The position numbers were made by a program, and so were the translations under genes. From the IMG/VR virus record IMGVR_UViG_2061766007_000699: a stretch of 29,363 nucleotides of DNA. One strand, given 5' to 3'. The notes beneath the pieces are model-generated. The model was not told the origin of the DNA. It was given only the letters and a program-made list of their open reading frames with translations, and searched no databases. Positions 9,192 to 17,270 of this stretch are shown here, one piece after another. This stretch comes from an uncultured virus (IMG/VR IMGVR_UViG_2061766007_000699). Taxonomy: Duplodnaviria > Heunggongvirae > Uroviricota > Caudoviricetes. The number at the start of each line of letters is the position of its first letter. Position 1 is the first letter of the stretch.

Positions 9192-9452
9192 ATGAAAATC
9201 TGTAGATGGCTGAGACGAAGCAAGATTTGTCTGAAGAAGACAGAGTGAAAGTTCTTCAGACTTGGCAAGAGCATTTTTGAAGTCAAGGATGGAGAAACTG
9301 TGGAAGTCTCCATGGAGGATTTCTTTGATTATGTCAACGAAACGATGGATAATTTCAGCAAGACCTCCACAACAATATACACGATTCTCTTTGGTATATG
9401 GGGGACTATCATTGCCTCTCTGATTCTCGCTATCGTAAGCGTTCTAAAATGA
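9192..9452 (+). pseudogene. small membrane protein interrupted by in-frame TGA (9246-9248)
   Basis: GAGGT RBS, then MKICRWLRRSKICLKKTE*KFFRLGKSIFEVKDGE...TIYTILFGIWGTIIASLILAIVSVLK*, with a C-terminal TM helix. Confidence 0.55.
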
Positions 9453-9463
9453 AACCAAAACAG

Positions 9464-9480
9464 TTGGCACGAATATCGCT
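9464..9480 (+). promoter_or_regulatory. putative sigma54 (-24/-12) promoter
   Basis: TTGGCACGAATATCGCT, with GG(9466-67)-N10-GC(9478-79), about 40 nt upstream of the Hsp20 start. Confidence 0.55.
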
Positions 9481-9517
9481 AATTGTGCATGGACAAAAAC
9501 CAACAGGAGAAAACAAC

Positions 9518-9901
9518 ATGAGTTACTTAGACGAAATTTTCAAGGATGTTTTGGAGACCCCGTTCTACAAGACCTACATTTCAGGAAACAAAATCAAGAG
9601 CGCAACATATCAGTATTGCGATGAGGGTCTGAAGTTTGAATTTGTGGTGCCGGGGATTGACCCGAAGGCCATCAAGGTCAAGACCGAAGACAATCATCTG
9701 AGTGTCAGCGTTGGAGACGAAAAGAATTGCGAGAGCAAGAACATTGACCTCGTTTCCTACTTTGAATGCCCAAACATGCGGAAGATTGAGAGGAAGCCTT
9801 CTGTGGTCAAGTTGTCTTTGGGTGTGCTAACCATTCTGTTCCCATACGCTGAACAGAGCGAGGAAGAGAAGGCCACTGAATACGAAATCACCGTTGAATG
9901 A
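9518..9901 (+). CDS. small heat-shock protein (Hsp20/alpha-crystallin-like)
   Basis: AGGAG RBS; FEFVVPGIDPKAIKVKTEDNHLSVSVG...LSLGVLTILFP. Confidence 0.72.
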   Translation: MSYLDEIFKDVLETPFYKTYISGNKIKSATYQYCDEGLKFEFVVPGIDPKAIKVKTEDNHLSVSVGDEKNCESKNIDLVSYFECPNMRKIERKPSVVKLSLGVLTILFPYAEQSEEEKATEYEITVE

Positions 9902-9919
9902 CCATCACTAAATAAACTC

Positions 9920-9995
9920 AGAAGACACTACCGTTTTCTTGAAGAATTGCTTTTAGCCCAAGCTAGTTCTTCACTTCAATACAGGGCTAAAGGAA
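9920..9995 (+). promoter_or_regulatory. structured 5' leader: hairpin plus H-type pseudoknot overlapping the RBS of the SpoVG-like gene
   Basis: Hairpin 9920-9939; stem 1 9940-9952/9960-9973; loop TTAGCCC (9953-9959) pairs with GGGCTAA (9984-9990), directly before and overlapping AAGGA. Confidence 0.65.
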
Positions 9996-10002
9996 AAACA
10001 TT

Positions 10003-10269
10003 ATGAGCAAGCTAACCAAGGTAAATGTATTCAAGGTGCCAAACAAGGATGACTTCGGCACTCGTGCTCTCGTTGAACTCATCTTCAACGATGACATCAA
10101 GCTAGCGGGTCTTCACCTCATTGAGACCAAGGAAGGTGATTGGAGACTTCGTTTCCCCATCAATCCCAAGTCCAAGAGACACATGGCCTACTCTTTCGTT
10201 CTAGACGAAGGTCTGCGCAAGAGCGTGTTGGAAGATGTGCTAGCCGAATACGATAAGGCCGAAGGCTAA
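10003..10269 (+). CDS. spoVG: SpoVG-family nucleic-acid-binding protein
   Basis: KLTKVNV...RALVELIFNDDIKLAGLHLIETKEG..LRFP...LRKSVLEDVLAEY fits the SpoVG pattern. Confidence 0.75.
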   Translation: MSKLTKVNVFKVPNKDDFGTRALVELIFNDDIKLAGLHLIETKEGDWRLRFPINPKSKRHMAYSFVLDEGLRKSVLEDVLAEYDKAEG

Positions 10270-10283
10270 TAAGCAAAATCAAA

Positions 10284-10318
10284 AGTAAAGTGCGGTCATC
10301 TTCAGGCCGCACTTTACT
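10284..10318 (+). terminator. intrinsic terminator hairpin
   Basis: AGTAAAGTGCGGTC-ATCTTCA-GGCCGCACTTTACT, a 14-bp stem with one G-U pair. Confidence 0.75.
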
Positions 10319-10341
10319 ATATTTCAACTTGGAGGAAGTCT

Positions 10342-10710
10342 ATGAACTTGTTTGATTACCTCAGTTCCGTAACGGACAAAAAGAGAGAGTTGGACGAAGA
10401 CGAATTGAAGGGATACCCTACTTACATGATGAATCGTTTTGTCTCAATGGTAGACATGTATCTCCCCGTCATTGCGGAACTCAATCTATATCAGCTAGAC
10501 CCCGCCACACACCACAGGTTTCTGTCTGCGTTTCTGCCGAAGAGAAAGCAGTATTTTTCCTACATCAAGAAAAACAAGGAAGATGTGAAGCAGTCCACTA
10601 GGGAAGCTATCATGAAGTATTTTCAGGTCGGCCCAAGAGATGCGAACTTGTATCTTGAGTTGCTGACAGACAAACAGGCCAAGGAAATAGAGGAACTTTA
10701 CAGGTATTAA
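10342..10710 (+). CDS. gp62: clamp loader small subunit, T4 gp62-like
   Basis: LFDYLSSV...Y.TYMMNRFVS...ELN...HHRFL...LPKRKQYFSYIKK...IMKYFQV..RDA..YLELL. Confidence 0.85.
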   Translation: MNLFDYLSSVTDKKRELDEDELKGYPTYMMNRFVSMVDMYLPVIAELNLYQLDPATHHRFLSAFLPKRKQYFSYIKKNKEDVKQSTREAIMKYFQVGPRDANLYLELLTDKQAKEIEELYRY

Positions 10711-10742
10711 GCAAAACTTAACAACTGAGAAACGGAGAAATC

Positions 10743-11708
10743 ATGGATTACAAAAACATTGTTGTTACGGGCGGTGCGGGTTTCATTGGGTCTGTCTTCG
10801 TTGAAATGGCTCTGAAGGAATGGCCTGAAGCGAATATCACCGTTGTTGACATGCTCACCTATGCGGGGACTTTGGACAATCTAGAAACCTGTTTCTACAA
10901 TCCACGAGTCCGTTTCGTCTACGGGGACATCACCAACATGGAGGCGATGTTCAATCTAATCGTGAGAGGCGATTGTGATTTGGTAGTCAACTTTGCCGCT
11001 GAAAGTCATGTAGACAATTCCATCAAGAATCCTCTGAAGTTCATGAGAACGAATGCGCTTGGAACAAATGTTCTCTTACATGCTTGCAAGGAAGGCGGTG
11101 TCAAGAGGTTCCATCAGGTGTCAACGGATGAAGTCTACGGGTTTCTCCCATTGAATGAGCCTGACAAAAAGTTCACCGAAAATTCTCCCATCAATCCTTC
11201 TAGTCCTTACTCCGCTAGCAAGGCTTCTGCTGACATGATGGTGTTGGCCTATGGAAAGACTTTCGGACTGAATGTAACCGTTTCTAGGTGCTCCAACAAC
11301 TTCGGGCGGAATCAGCACGATGAAAAGATGATACCTACCATCATCAGACACGCTCTCAATGACGATAAGATTCCTGTCTATGGGGATGGCTCCAATGTGC
11401 GAGATTGGATTTATGTGGAAGACCATTGCAAGGCTCTCATGGATATAATTGAGCATGGCGAAAGCGGTGAGGTATACAACATTGGCGGACACATGGAACT
11501 GTCCAACAACGAGCTAGTCAGGAAGATACTAGCCATGATGGGAAAGCCCGAAAGTCTGATTGAGTATGTCGCTGACCGCCCCGCTCACGATTTGCGGTAT
11601 GCCATTGACGATTCCAAACTTGGATGGACTGTTGGCCGTCATGACTTCACCGATGCGTTGAATGAAACCATCAAGTTCTACACGAAGAAGTATACGGAGA
11701 AGAAGTAA
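10743..11708 (+). CDS. rmlB: dTDP-glucose 4,6-dehydratase
   Basis: VTGGAGFIGS, LTYAG, NFAAESHVDNSI, VSTDEVYG, PSSPYSASKA, NVRDWIYVEDHC. Confidence 0.95.
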   Translation: MDYKNIVVTGGAGFIGSVFVEMALKEWPEANITVVDMLTYAGTLDNLETCFYNPRVRFVYGDITNMEAMFNLIVRGDCDLVVNFAAESHVDNSIKNPLKFMRTNALGTNVLLHACKEGGVKRFHQVSTDEVYGFLPLNEPDKKFTENSPINPSSPYSASKASADMMVLAYGKTFGLNVTVSRCSNNFGRNQHDEKMIPTIIRHALNDDKIPVYGDGSNVRDWIYVEDHCKALMDIIEHGESGEVYNIGGHMELSNNELVRKILAMMGKPESLIEYVADRPAHDLRYAIDDSKLGWTVGRHDFTDALNETIKFYTKKYTEKK

Positions 11709-12595
11709 TGAATATCCTTGTGGTCGGAAAGGATGGTCAGCTAGGCTCTGCTTTTGAGAGACACATTCTCAGGGCCAAGCATAGTTCCAAAATCAAGTGG
11801 GTATTCGTTGGCAAGGAAGTGTGCGATGTCGCCAATCCCGAAGCCATCAGAAAGCAAGTTGAAAAGTATGACCCCAATGTAATCATCAACTGTTCCGCCT
11901 ACACGAAAGTTGACGATTGCGAGACCGTTGAAGGCGAAAACATTTCCATGAGTGTCAATGTTCTAGGCAATATGAACTTAGCCAACATTTGCTTGGAAAA
12001 GAACATTGCTTTCATCACATTCTCCACGGATTATGTCTACGGAAACACACAGATTTCCTGTCCGCTGATGGAAGGTGATGCAATACTGTCTCATCCGCTG
12101 AATGTCTATGGCAAACACAAGTTGATGATGGAGGAGATGGTCAGCGCAATTCTAAGAGGAAAGAGCTATCTCATCTTCAGAGTTTCGTGGCTTTGGTCTT
12201 TGGAAAACAAGACTAGTTTCGTCAGCAAAATCATTGACAAACTAGGAGCGACAGAAGGGCACATAGATGTGGTGTGCGACCAAATCGGAACTCCTACCTG
12301 TTGCGATGACTTGGTAGATTTCATCACCCATGTCATAGAAAAGCAGAAATACAAGAACAAGTCAGGTGTCTACAACTTCAGCAACGAAGGAATGTGCTCT
12401 TGGTATGATTTTGCGATGGCCATTAAGGAAGTTTTCTTCAAGCATTCGGAAGTCACTATAGAGCCAACTAGAAGTTTCCTCAACAGCAAGACCGCAGTCA
12501 GACCGATGTATTCCGTGATGGAGAAGAAAAAGGTCAAGGAAACTTTCGGTATAACTATACCTTGGTGGAAGGACAGTCTTTCAAAGTCTAGGTAG
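11708..12595 (+). CDS. rmlD: dTDP-4-dehydrorhamnose reductase
   Basis: GKDGQLG, INCSAYTKVD, STDYVY, PLNVYGKHK, DQIGTPT, CSWYDFA, AVRPMYSV. Confidence 0.9.
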   Translation: MNILVVGKDGQLGSAFERHILRAKHSSKIKWVFVGKEVCDVANPEAIRKQVEKYDPNVIINCSAYTKVDDCETVEGENISMSVNVLGNMNLANICLEKNIAFITFSTDYVYGNTQISCPLMEGDAILSHPLNVYGKHKLMMEEMVSAILRGKSYLIFRVSWLWSLENKTSFVSKIIDKLGATEGHIDVVCDQIGTPTCCDDLVDFITHVIEKQKYKNKSGVYNFSNEGMCSWYDFAMAIKEVFFKHSEVTIEPTRSFLNSKTAVRPMYSVMEKKKVKETFGITIPWWKDSLSKSR

Positions 12596-12599
12596 CGAA

Positions 12600-13463
12600 A
12601 TGAAGGGAATCATACTTGCGGGAGGCTCAGGAACTAGATTGTGGCCAATGACGGCTGTGATGAGCAAGCAACTACAGCCGATTTACGATAAGCCCATGAT
12701 TTACTATCCGCTCAGCACACTAATGCTTGGAGGTATCAGAGACATCCTAGTGATTTCCACACCGCATGATTTGCCCAACATTGAAAAGCTATTGGGAGAC
12801 GGCTCTAGATTCGGTGTCAAACTGTCTTATGCGGAACAAGCAGAGCCAAAGGGAATCGCACAAGCATTCATCATTGGCGAGAAATTCATAGGCAGAAAAC
12901 CCGTTACGCTGATTCTCGGAGACAACATTTTCCACGGGCCGATGAAATGGAGCAAGTATTTTCAGGGTATCAGCGGTGCTAGGATTTTCGGGTATCCTGT
13001 CAATGACCCTCAGCGGTATGGTATCGTGAATTTTTCCAAGAGCGGAAAGGTGTTGTCTTTGGAAGAGAAACCGAAGAAGCCGAAAAGTAGATATGCGATA
13101 CCGGGTCTCTATGTGTATGATAATTCCGTAGTGGAAAAGGCCAAGTCTCTTGAGCCGTCAGAGCGTGGTGAGTTGGAGATTACGGACATCAACAGGAAAT
13201 ACTTGGAGGAAGGGAAACTGACCGTAGAATGCTTCGGGCGAGGCATGGCGTGGCTAGACACGGGGACACCTGAATCGCTTTTGGAGGCGGCTCTATTCGT
13301 CTCCTCAATGGAAAACCGCCAAGCGATGAAGATTGGCTGTCCCGAAGAAATCGCCTTCACAAAGGGATGGATAACGAAAGAACAGTTGCTGAACGATTTG
13401 GAAGGATATGGCTCAGGGGATTATGTCCAATACCTCAAAAACCTAATTGACGAGCAGTCTTGA
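12600..13463 (+). CDS. rmlA: glucose-1-phosphate thymidylyltransferase
   Basis: MKGIILAGGSGTRLWP..SKQLQPIYDKPMIYYPLS, LGDNIF, PSERGELEITD, WLDTGT. Confidence 0.96.
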   Translation: MKGIILAGGSGTRLWPMTAVMSKQLQPIYDKPMIYYPLSTLMLGGIRDILVISTPHDLPNIEKLLGDGSRFGVKLSYAEQAEPKGIAQAFIIGEKFIGRKPVTLILGDNIFHGPMKWSKYFQGISGARIFGYPVNDPQRYGIVNFSKSGKVLSLEEKPKKPKSRYAIPGLYVYDNSVVEKAKSLEPSERGELEITDINRKYLEEGKLTVECFGRGMAWLDTGTPESLLEAALFVSSMENRQAMKIGCPEEIAFTKGWITKEQLLNDLEGYGSGDYVQYLKNLIDEQS

Positions 13464-13493
13464 TTTCGCTACATTCCGCAATGGAGCATTTTT

Positions 13494-13913
13494 ATGAAAC
13501 CTCTGCTACACTTGGAAGGCAAACCACATCAACGAGACGGGATTATTGTTTCCTCCACTGAGACCTTCACATTGTGCAATCCATGTGAGTTTAGTGCGAA
13601 AGAATACATAGAAGCCGTTAAAGAACAGTATGGTGAGGGAACTGTTGGATGGCTTGACACGGTTTTCGTTTCGGAATGCGCCAACAAAATCAGTCAGGAA
13701 ATTGCGAACATCATTCATGAAGAACAGAAATACACCACGGCAATCTTCTTCAGCGACTACTTTTTTGCTAAATACCCTCAAGCCGCTTACAATGCTATAC
13801 ATGGAAAGCATGTCTTAGTGATTGATGAGCCGTTTGATTTCTTGATGAACTTCGTTTTAGACATGAATCCATCTACAGTGGCAATCTTCAACACAAACTT
13901 CGTAAACCATTAA
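13494..13913 (+). CDS. hypothetical protein
   Basis: GGAG RBS, 139-aa ORF. Confidence 0.65.
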   Translation: MKPLLHLEGKPHQRDGIIVSSTETFTLCNPCEFSAKEYIEAVKEQYGEGTVGWLDTVFVSECANKISQEIANIIHEEQKYTTAIFFSDYFFAKYPQAAYNAIHGKHVLVIDEPFDFLMNFVLDMNPSTVAIFNTNFVNH

Positions 13914-13927
13914 CGAAGAGGTGTGAA

Positions 13928-14152
13928 GTGTCAGAAGAATTGCAGAGGATTTTTGAAGGATGTTCCCCTGAATGCGTAGAACGATTCAAAGAGTTCATGA
14001 AAGCACAGGTGCACGAGATAGATGTTCACAAGTGGATTGAATCAGAGAAGGCGGGGAGAGACCTTGGAGATGTAGCTGTGGCGGAATGGATTAAGAGATA
14101 TGCCAAGCAGTTCAGAAAGGAATGGGAAGAAGTGCATGGTCATGTAATGTAG
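13928..14152 (+). CDS. small protein resembling the DUF4032 C-terminal motif
   Basis: EIDVHKWIESEKAGRDLGDVAVAEWIKRY; GAGGTG RBS. Confidence 0.55.
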   Translation: MSEELQRIFEGCSPECVERFKEFMKAQVHEIDVHKWIESEKAGRDLGDVAVAEWIKRYAKQFRKEWEEVHGHVM

Positions 14153-14154
14153 AT

Positions 14155-14187
14155 TTTACACTCAAAGCGAAAAACTTTTGCTATATT
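14155..14187 (+). promoter_or_regulatory. TTTACA-N21-TATATT promoter (single box)
   Basis: TTTACA 14155-14160, TATATT 14182-14187. Confidence 0.6.
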
Positions 14188-14218
14188 TCACACAAACTCC
14201 TAACCAAAGAGGACACAA

Positions 14219-14873
14219 ATGGAAGAAGAACTTGACCTTAACAACTTCATCAGCCGTGGAACTGAAATCTATGTCAACTCCAAGGAAAAGAAGAGCGAGG
14301 CGAAGAAGCTCATCAAGGAAATTGCCAAGGAAGTGAATTGCGCTCCTAGACAGGTTTCCAAGTGCTACAGCATGATGTATAACAAAGGCAACGGATGGGT
14401 AGATGGAAATCCGCTTGAACTTGACAAGGAATTTTGCAAGTCCGAACGAATCAAGCCTGACACCATCAGCAAGGCATTCATGAAGATTGTGGAAATCTTT
14501 GATACCTTTGCCGCCTGTGGAATGGAATCCGAACTTGCTCCGTATGTTGAAGCCCTGAATAATGTCCTAGGTCTTCAGTTGGATTGGAACATCAGCAAGA
14601 CCAATGAGTCAGGAAAGACCGTCAAGGAAAAGATGAATCTCATTTCGGACATCTACAAGCAGATTGACGATATGGGCGAGAGCATGGATGTCCTTGGCAC
14701 CGAAGTGGAAGAGAGCAATGCCGCCACAAAGACTCTGTNNNNNNNNNNNNNNNNNNNNNTATAAGCTAGACAATTCCAACGAAAAGACCGTTCAGAAGGT
14801 AGAAGACCAAATCGGCAACTATAGGCTCAATCTGAACATGAACATGAATGGTCTGTCAATTTTTGACAAATAA
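14219..14873 (+). CDS. hypothetical protein (spans N gap)
   Basis: The ORF runs into the gap and a compatible C-terminal piece continues to TAA 14873. Confidence 0.6.
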
Positions 14874-14886
14874 ATAAAGAGGTTTT

Positions 14887-14969
14887 GGAGGGTTAGGCTA
14901 ATTGGTAAGTCAGTAGTCTTGAAAACTACCGTCCGCAAGGGCATGGGGGTTCAAGTCCCTCACCCTCCA
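14887..14969 (+). tRNA. trnS: tRNA-Ser (anticodon UGA), long variable arm, CCA not encoded
   Basis: Acceptor GGAGGGT/ACCCTCC, anticodon stem GTAGT/ACTAC with loop CTTGAAA, variable arm GTCC-GCAA-GGGC, T arm GGGGGTTCAAGTCCCTC. Confidence 0.93.
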
Positions 14970-15000
14970 CGCTCAAACAACAAACAACGAGGTAAAACAA

Positions 15001-15414
15001 ATGACGAAGAAGAAGGAAACGAAGAAAACTGAGAAGAAGACCCCTGTAAAGAAGACCACTCAGAAGAAGACTGCTCCTAAGAAGACAGCGACTAAGAAGA
15101 CCACAAAGAAGACTAAGACTGTGGTCGCTCCTGTTGAAGAAACAAAGGAAGAACTGACTCTTCTAGGAACTCCCACGGGTGTAATGACACAGTGTTGCTC
15201 AGGCTGTCCCTGTGAAGAAGAAACGAAGACCGAAGGTTCCAAGAAAATCAAGGTCATCTCTTGGATTGTGCTTGCGGCCATCGTCCTGTTCCTTGTGCTG
15301 ATGTGCGCTGTCCCTTGTGACAACTCTTCAGCGGAAAAGGGTGTAGCTCCTGTTTCCAATAGCATGCCTGTGGACACCGCAAAGACTGATACTGTTGTCA
15401 CCGTTTTGAAGTAG
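15001..15414 (+). CDS. Lys/Thr-rich single-pass membrane protein
   Basis: KKT repeats at the N-terminus, Cys cluster CCSGCPC, TM ISWIVLAAIVLFLVLMCAV; GAGG RBS. Confidence 0.7.
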   Translation: MTKKKETKKTEKKTPVKKTTQKKTAPKKTATKKTTKKTKTVVAPVEETKEELTLLGTPTGVMTQCCSGCPCEEETKTEGSKKIKVISWIVLAAIVLFLVLMCAVPCDNSSAEKGVAPVSNSMPVDTAKTDTVVTVLK

Positions 15415-15436
15415 TCCAAAAAACGGGGAACAATCT

Positions 15437-15619
15437 ATGGATGAAATCTTTTTCCCATCTCTGTTCCTGATTCAGTTCATCCTCTTCTGCTTCTATTCAA
15501 TCATGGAGCGGAAGAGGGTAGAACGAAAATTCAGGCACTATGAAATCATTGAGAAAGACACCTACAAGATGTTCAAGCTAATCAGAAATCGGCTGAACAA
15601 GATTGAACGACATCTGTAG
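15437..15619 (+). CDS. small membrane protein
   Basis: N-terminal hydrophobic helix followed by a basic tail. Confidence 0.6.
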   Translation: MDEIFFPSLFLIQFILFCFYSIMERKRVERKFRHYEIIEKDTYKMFKLIRNRLNKIERHL

Positions 15620-15630
15620 CGAGGTGTCTG

Positions 15631-15822
15631 ATGGATGGCCGTTATCTGTTCTCCGACAAAATCCTCTTGGAACTTGATAATCAGGTTAAAGTGGTCATCA
15701 GCGACAAACAGGCTTGCGCAATAATCGCATCCATAGCCAATCCATCATATCACGGCCATCTTGACTATGTGGCCTCTTTTGACAAACTGAAAATCGTAAC
15801 CGAAAAGCGTTCTCACGGCTGA
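15631..15822 (+). CDS. hypothetical protein
   Basis: GAGGTG RBS. Confidence 0.55.
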   Translation: MDGRYLFSDKILLELDNQVKVVISDKQACAIIASIANPSYHGHLDYVASFDKLKIVTEKRSHG

Positions 15823-15844
15823 AAATTTTGCTATATTGTCTCAC

Positions 15845-16246
15845 ATGAACAAGCGTGTCCTTCAGTCCTGTCTTCGTGAAGCGGTCAAAAAACTGTCCAC
15901 GGATTCTAGGTCTAACGAAACCAATCTGTCGCATTACCATCATTATTCTTTCGTAATCATCCGCAACGAAATCATTGAGTGGGGAAGAAATCGCCAACTC
16001 AAAGTTCCGCTCCATTGGGGTTACGATAATTCGTTTCAGGGTCTTCACTCGGAGATGGCGGCATACAAGAAGGCTTCGGGCATTCTTGGAAACAGCGACT
16101 TTGATATGGTGAACATCAGGCTGTCCAAAAAACTTTTCATGTTGAACTCCATGCCGTGCGAGCATTGTCAGCGGATGTTGCGAGAACTTGGCTGTGGACA
16201 CATTTGGTTTTCCACTGAATACGGATTTGAAAAACTGAAGCTATAG
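15845..16246 (+). CDS. CMP/dCMP-type Zn-dependent deaminase
   Basis: GLHSEMAAY (HxE) and SMPCEHC (PCxxC), with H..F.I...II..GRN at the N-terminus. Confidence 0.75.
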   Translation: MNKRVLQSCLREAVKKLSTDSRSNETNLSHYHHYSFVIIRNEIIEWGRNRQLKVPLHWGYDNSFQGLHSEMAAYKKASGILGNSDFDMVNIRLSKKLFMLNSMPCEHCQRMLRELGCGHIWFSTEYGFEKLKL

Positions 16247-16253
16247 GAGCGAT

Positions 16254-16700
16254 ATGCGCAAGTTTGAGAATTGGGGAGATGTCCTGACTTTCGCCACATC
16301 CTATGATGGTGTCGCTTTTGAAAAGATGGAAGGAAGCTACGGACTGATTTTCGGTGTTATGGAAGAGGACATAGCTATTGAAAATACCTTGACAAAAATC
16401 ATCACCGAAACAATGACAAACTTATTTGGCTCCGATGGTGGTGATGGTTACGAGCCACAGATGAGTTTGGATGAGTTGATGAACTTCAATGGAAGAGCCG
16501 TCTCCAAAGATTCGTCCTATAAAACTTGGGTTGAATGGGCGAAAGACGATGGCGATGGTATCAGAAGAGATTTTGTGAAAATCAAAGGGGCCAAGAACAT
16601 CAAGTCAAAGGTGCTGAAAATTTCCGCCTTGGCGAAAGCGTATATTGACCCAAAAGTTTTTGACTACAAGTCGGACAATACATATCTGTATTGGAACTAA
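16254..16700 (+). CDS. hypothetical protein
   Basis: AGGAG RBS, 148 aa. Confidence 0.7.
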   Translation: MRKFENWGDVLTFATSYDGVAFEKMEGSYGLIFGVMEEDIAIENTLTKIITETMTNLFGSDGGDGYEPQMSLDELMNFNGRAVSKDSSYKTWVEWAKDDGDGIRRDFVKIKGAKNIKSKVLKISALAKAYIDPKVFDYKSDNTYLYWN

Positions 16701-16720
16701 CTTGTTTTCAGAGGTGGCAC

Positions 16721-17260
16721 ATGAGTAAGAAAATGAAGATTACCAAGAATACATTGCTCAAGCATTTTCATGTCAAAGACTTGTGGTTTATTGGTGATGT
16801 ATCAGACGATAGTGCTAGGGACTTCTTGGAAAAAATGCGAGATGTTGTTGAAGAAATCATGTCTGTTCCGAATGCTAGAAAGGAAACCGTCATTCGTGTC
16901 AACATCTGTTCAACGGGCGGAGATGTAGACCCCGGTTGGTCTATTTGCAACTATATTGAGAATTGTCCCATCCCCGTTTGGACACACATCTCAGGAACGG
17001 CTCAATCCATGGCGGCGGCAATTTTCATGTCAGGACATATCCGCTCCTGTGCTCGTGAAGCGACAATGATGGTGCACCACTTTCAAGTCACCACAACAGG
17101 AAGTCCAACGGAAGCCTCGTCCAATGCGCAATTTTTCAGCAACAACGAAAAGCTATACGCAAAGAAATTCCCCAATCTGAAATTCACCGATACCATGGGA
17201 GACATCTATATGGACTCCAAGGAAATCGTGAAGAAGGGATGGGTGAGTTTCATCATGTAG
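16721..17260 (+). CDS. clpP: ClpP-like serine protease
   Basis: INICSTGGDV-type motif (RVNICSTGGDV), GTAQSMAAAIFMSG (catalytic Ser), ATMMVHH (catalytic His); GAGGTG RBS before ATG 16721. Confidence 0.82.
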   Translation: MSKKMKITKNTLLKHFHVKDLWFIGDVSDDSARDFLEKMRDVVEEIMSVPNARKETVIRVNICSTGGDVDPGWSICNYIENCPIPVWTHISGTAQSMAAAIFMSGHIRSCAREATMMVHHFQVTTTGSPTEASSNAQFFSNNEKLYAKKFPNLKFTDTMGDIYMDSKEIVKKGWVSFIM

Positions 17261-17270
17261 GAGAAGAACA

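Noticed and set aside
9464..9491. CIRCE/HrcA operator upstream of Hsp20
   Set aside because: The half-sites match TTAGCACTC-N9-GAGTGCTAA poorly and the spacing is off by one. The sigma54 reading fits better.
111..14759. Apparent frameshifts across N gaps (111-142, 14739-14759)
   Set aside because: Gap lengths are estimates, so the frame changes are not evidence of programmed frameshifting or pseudogenes.
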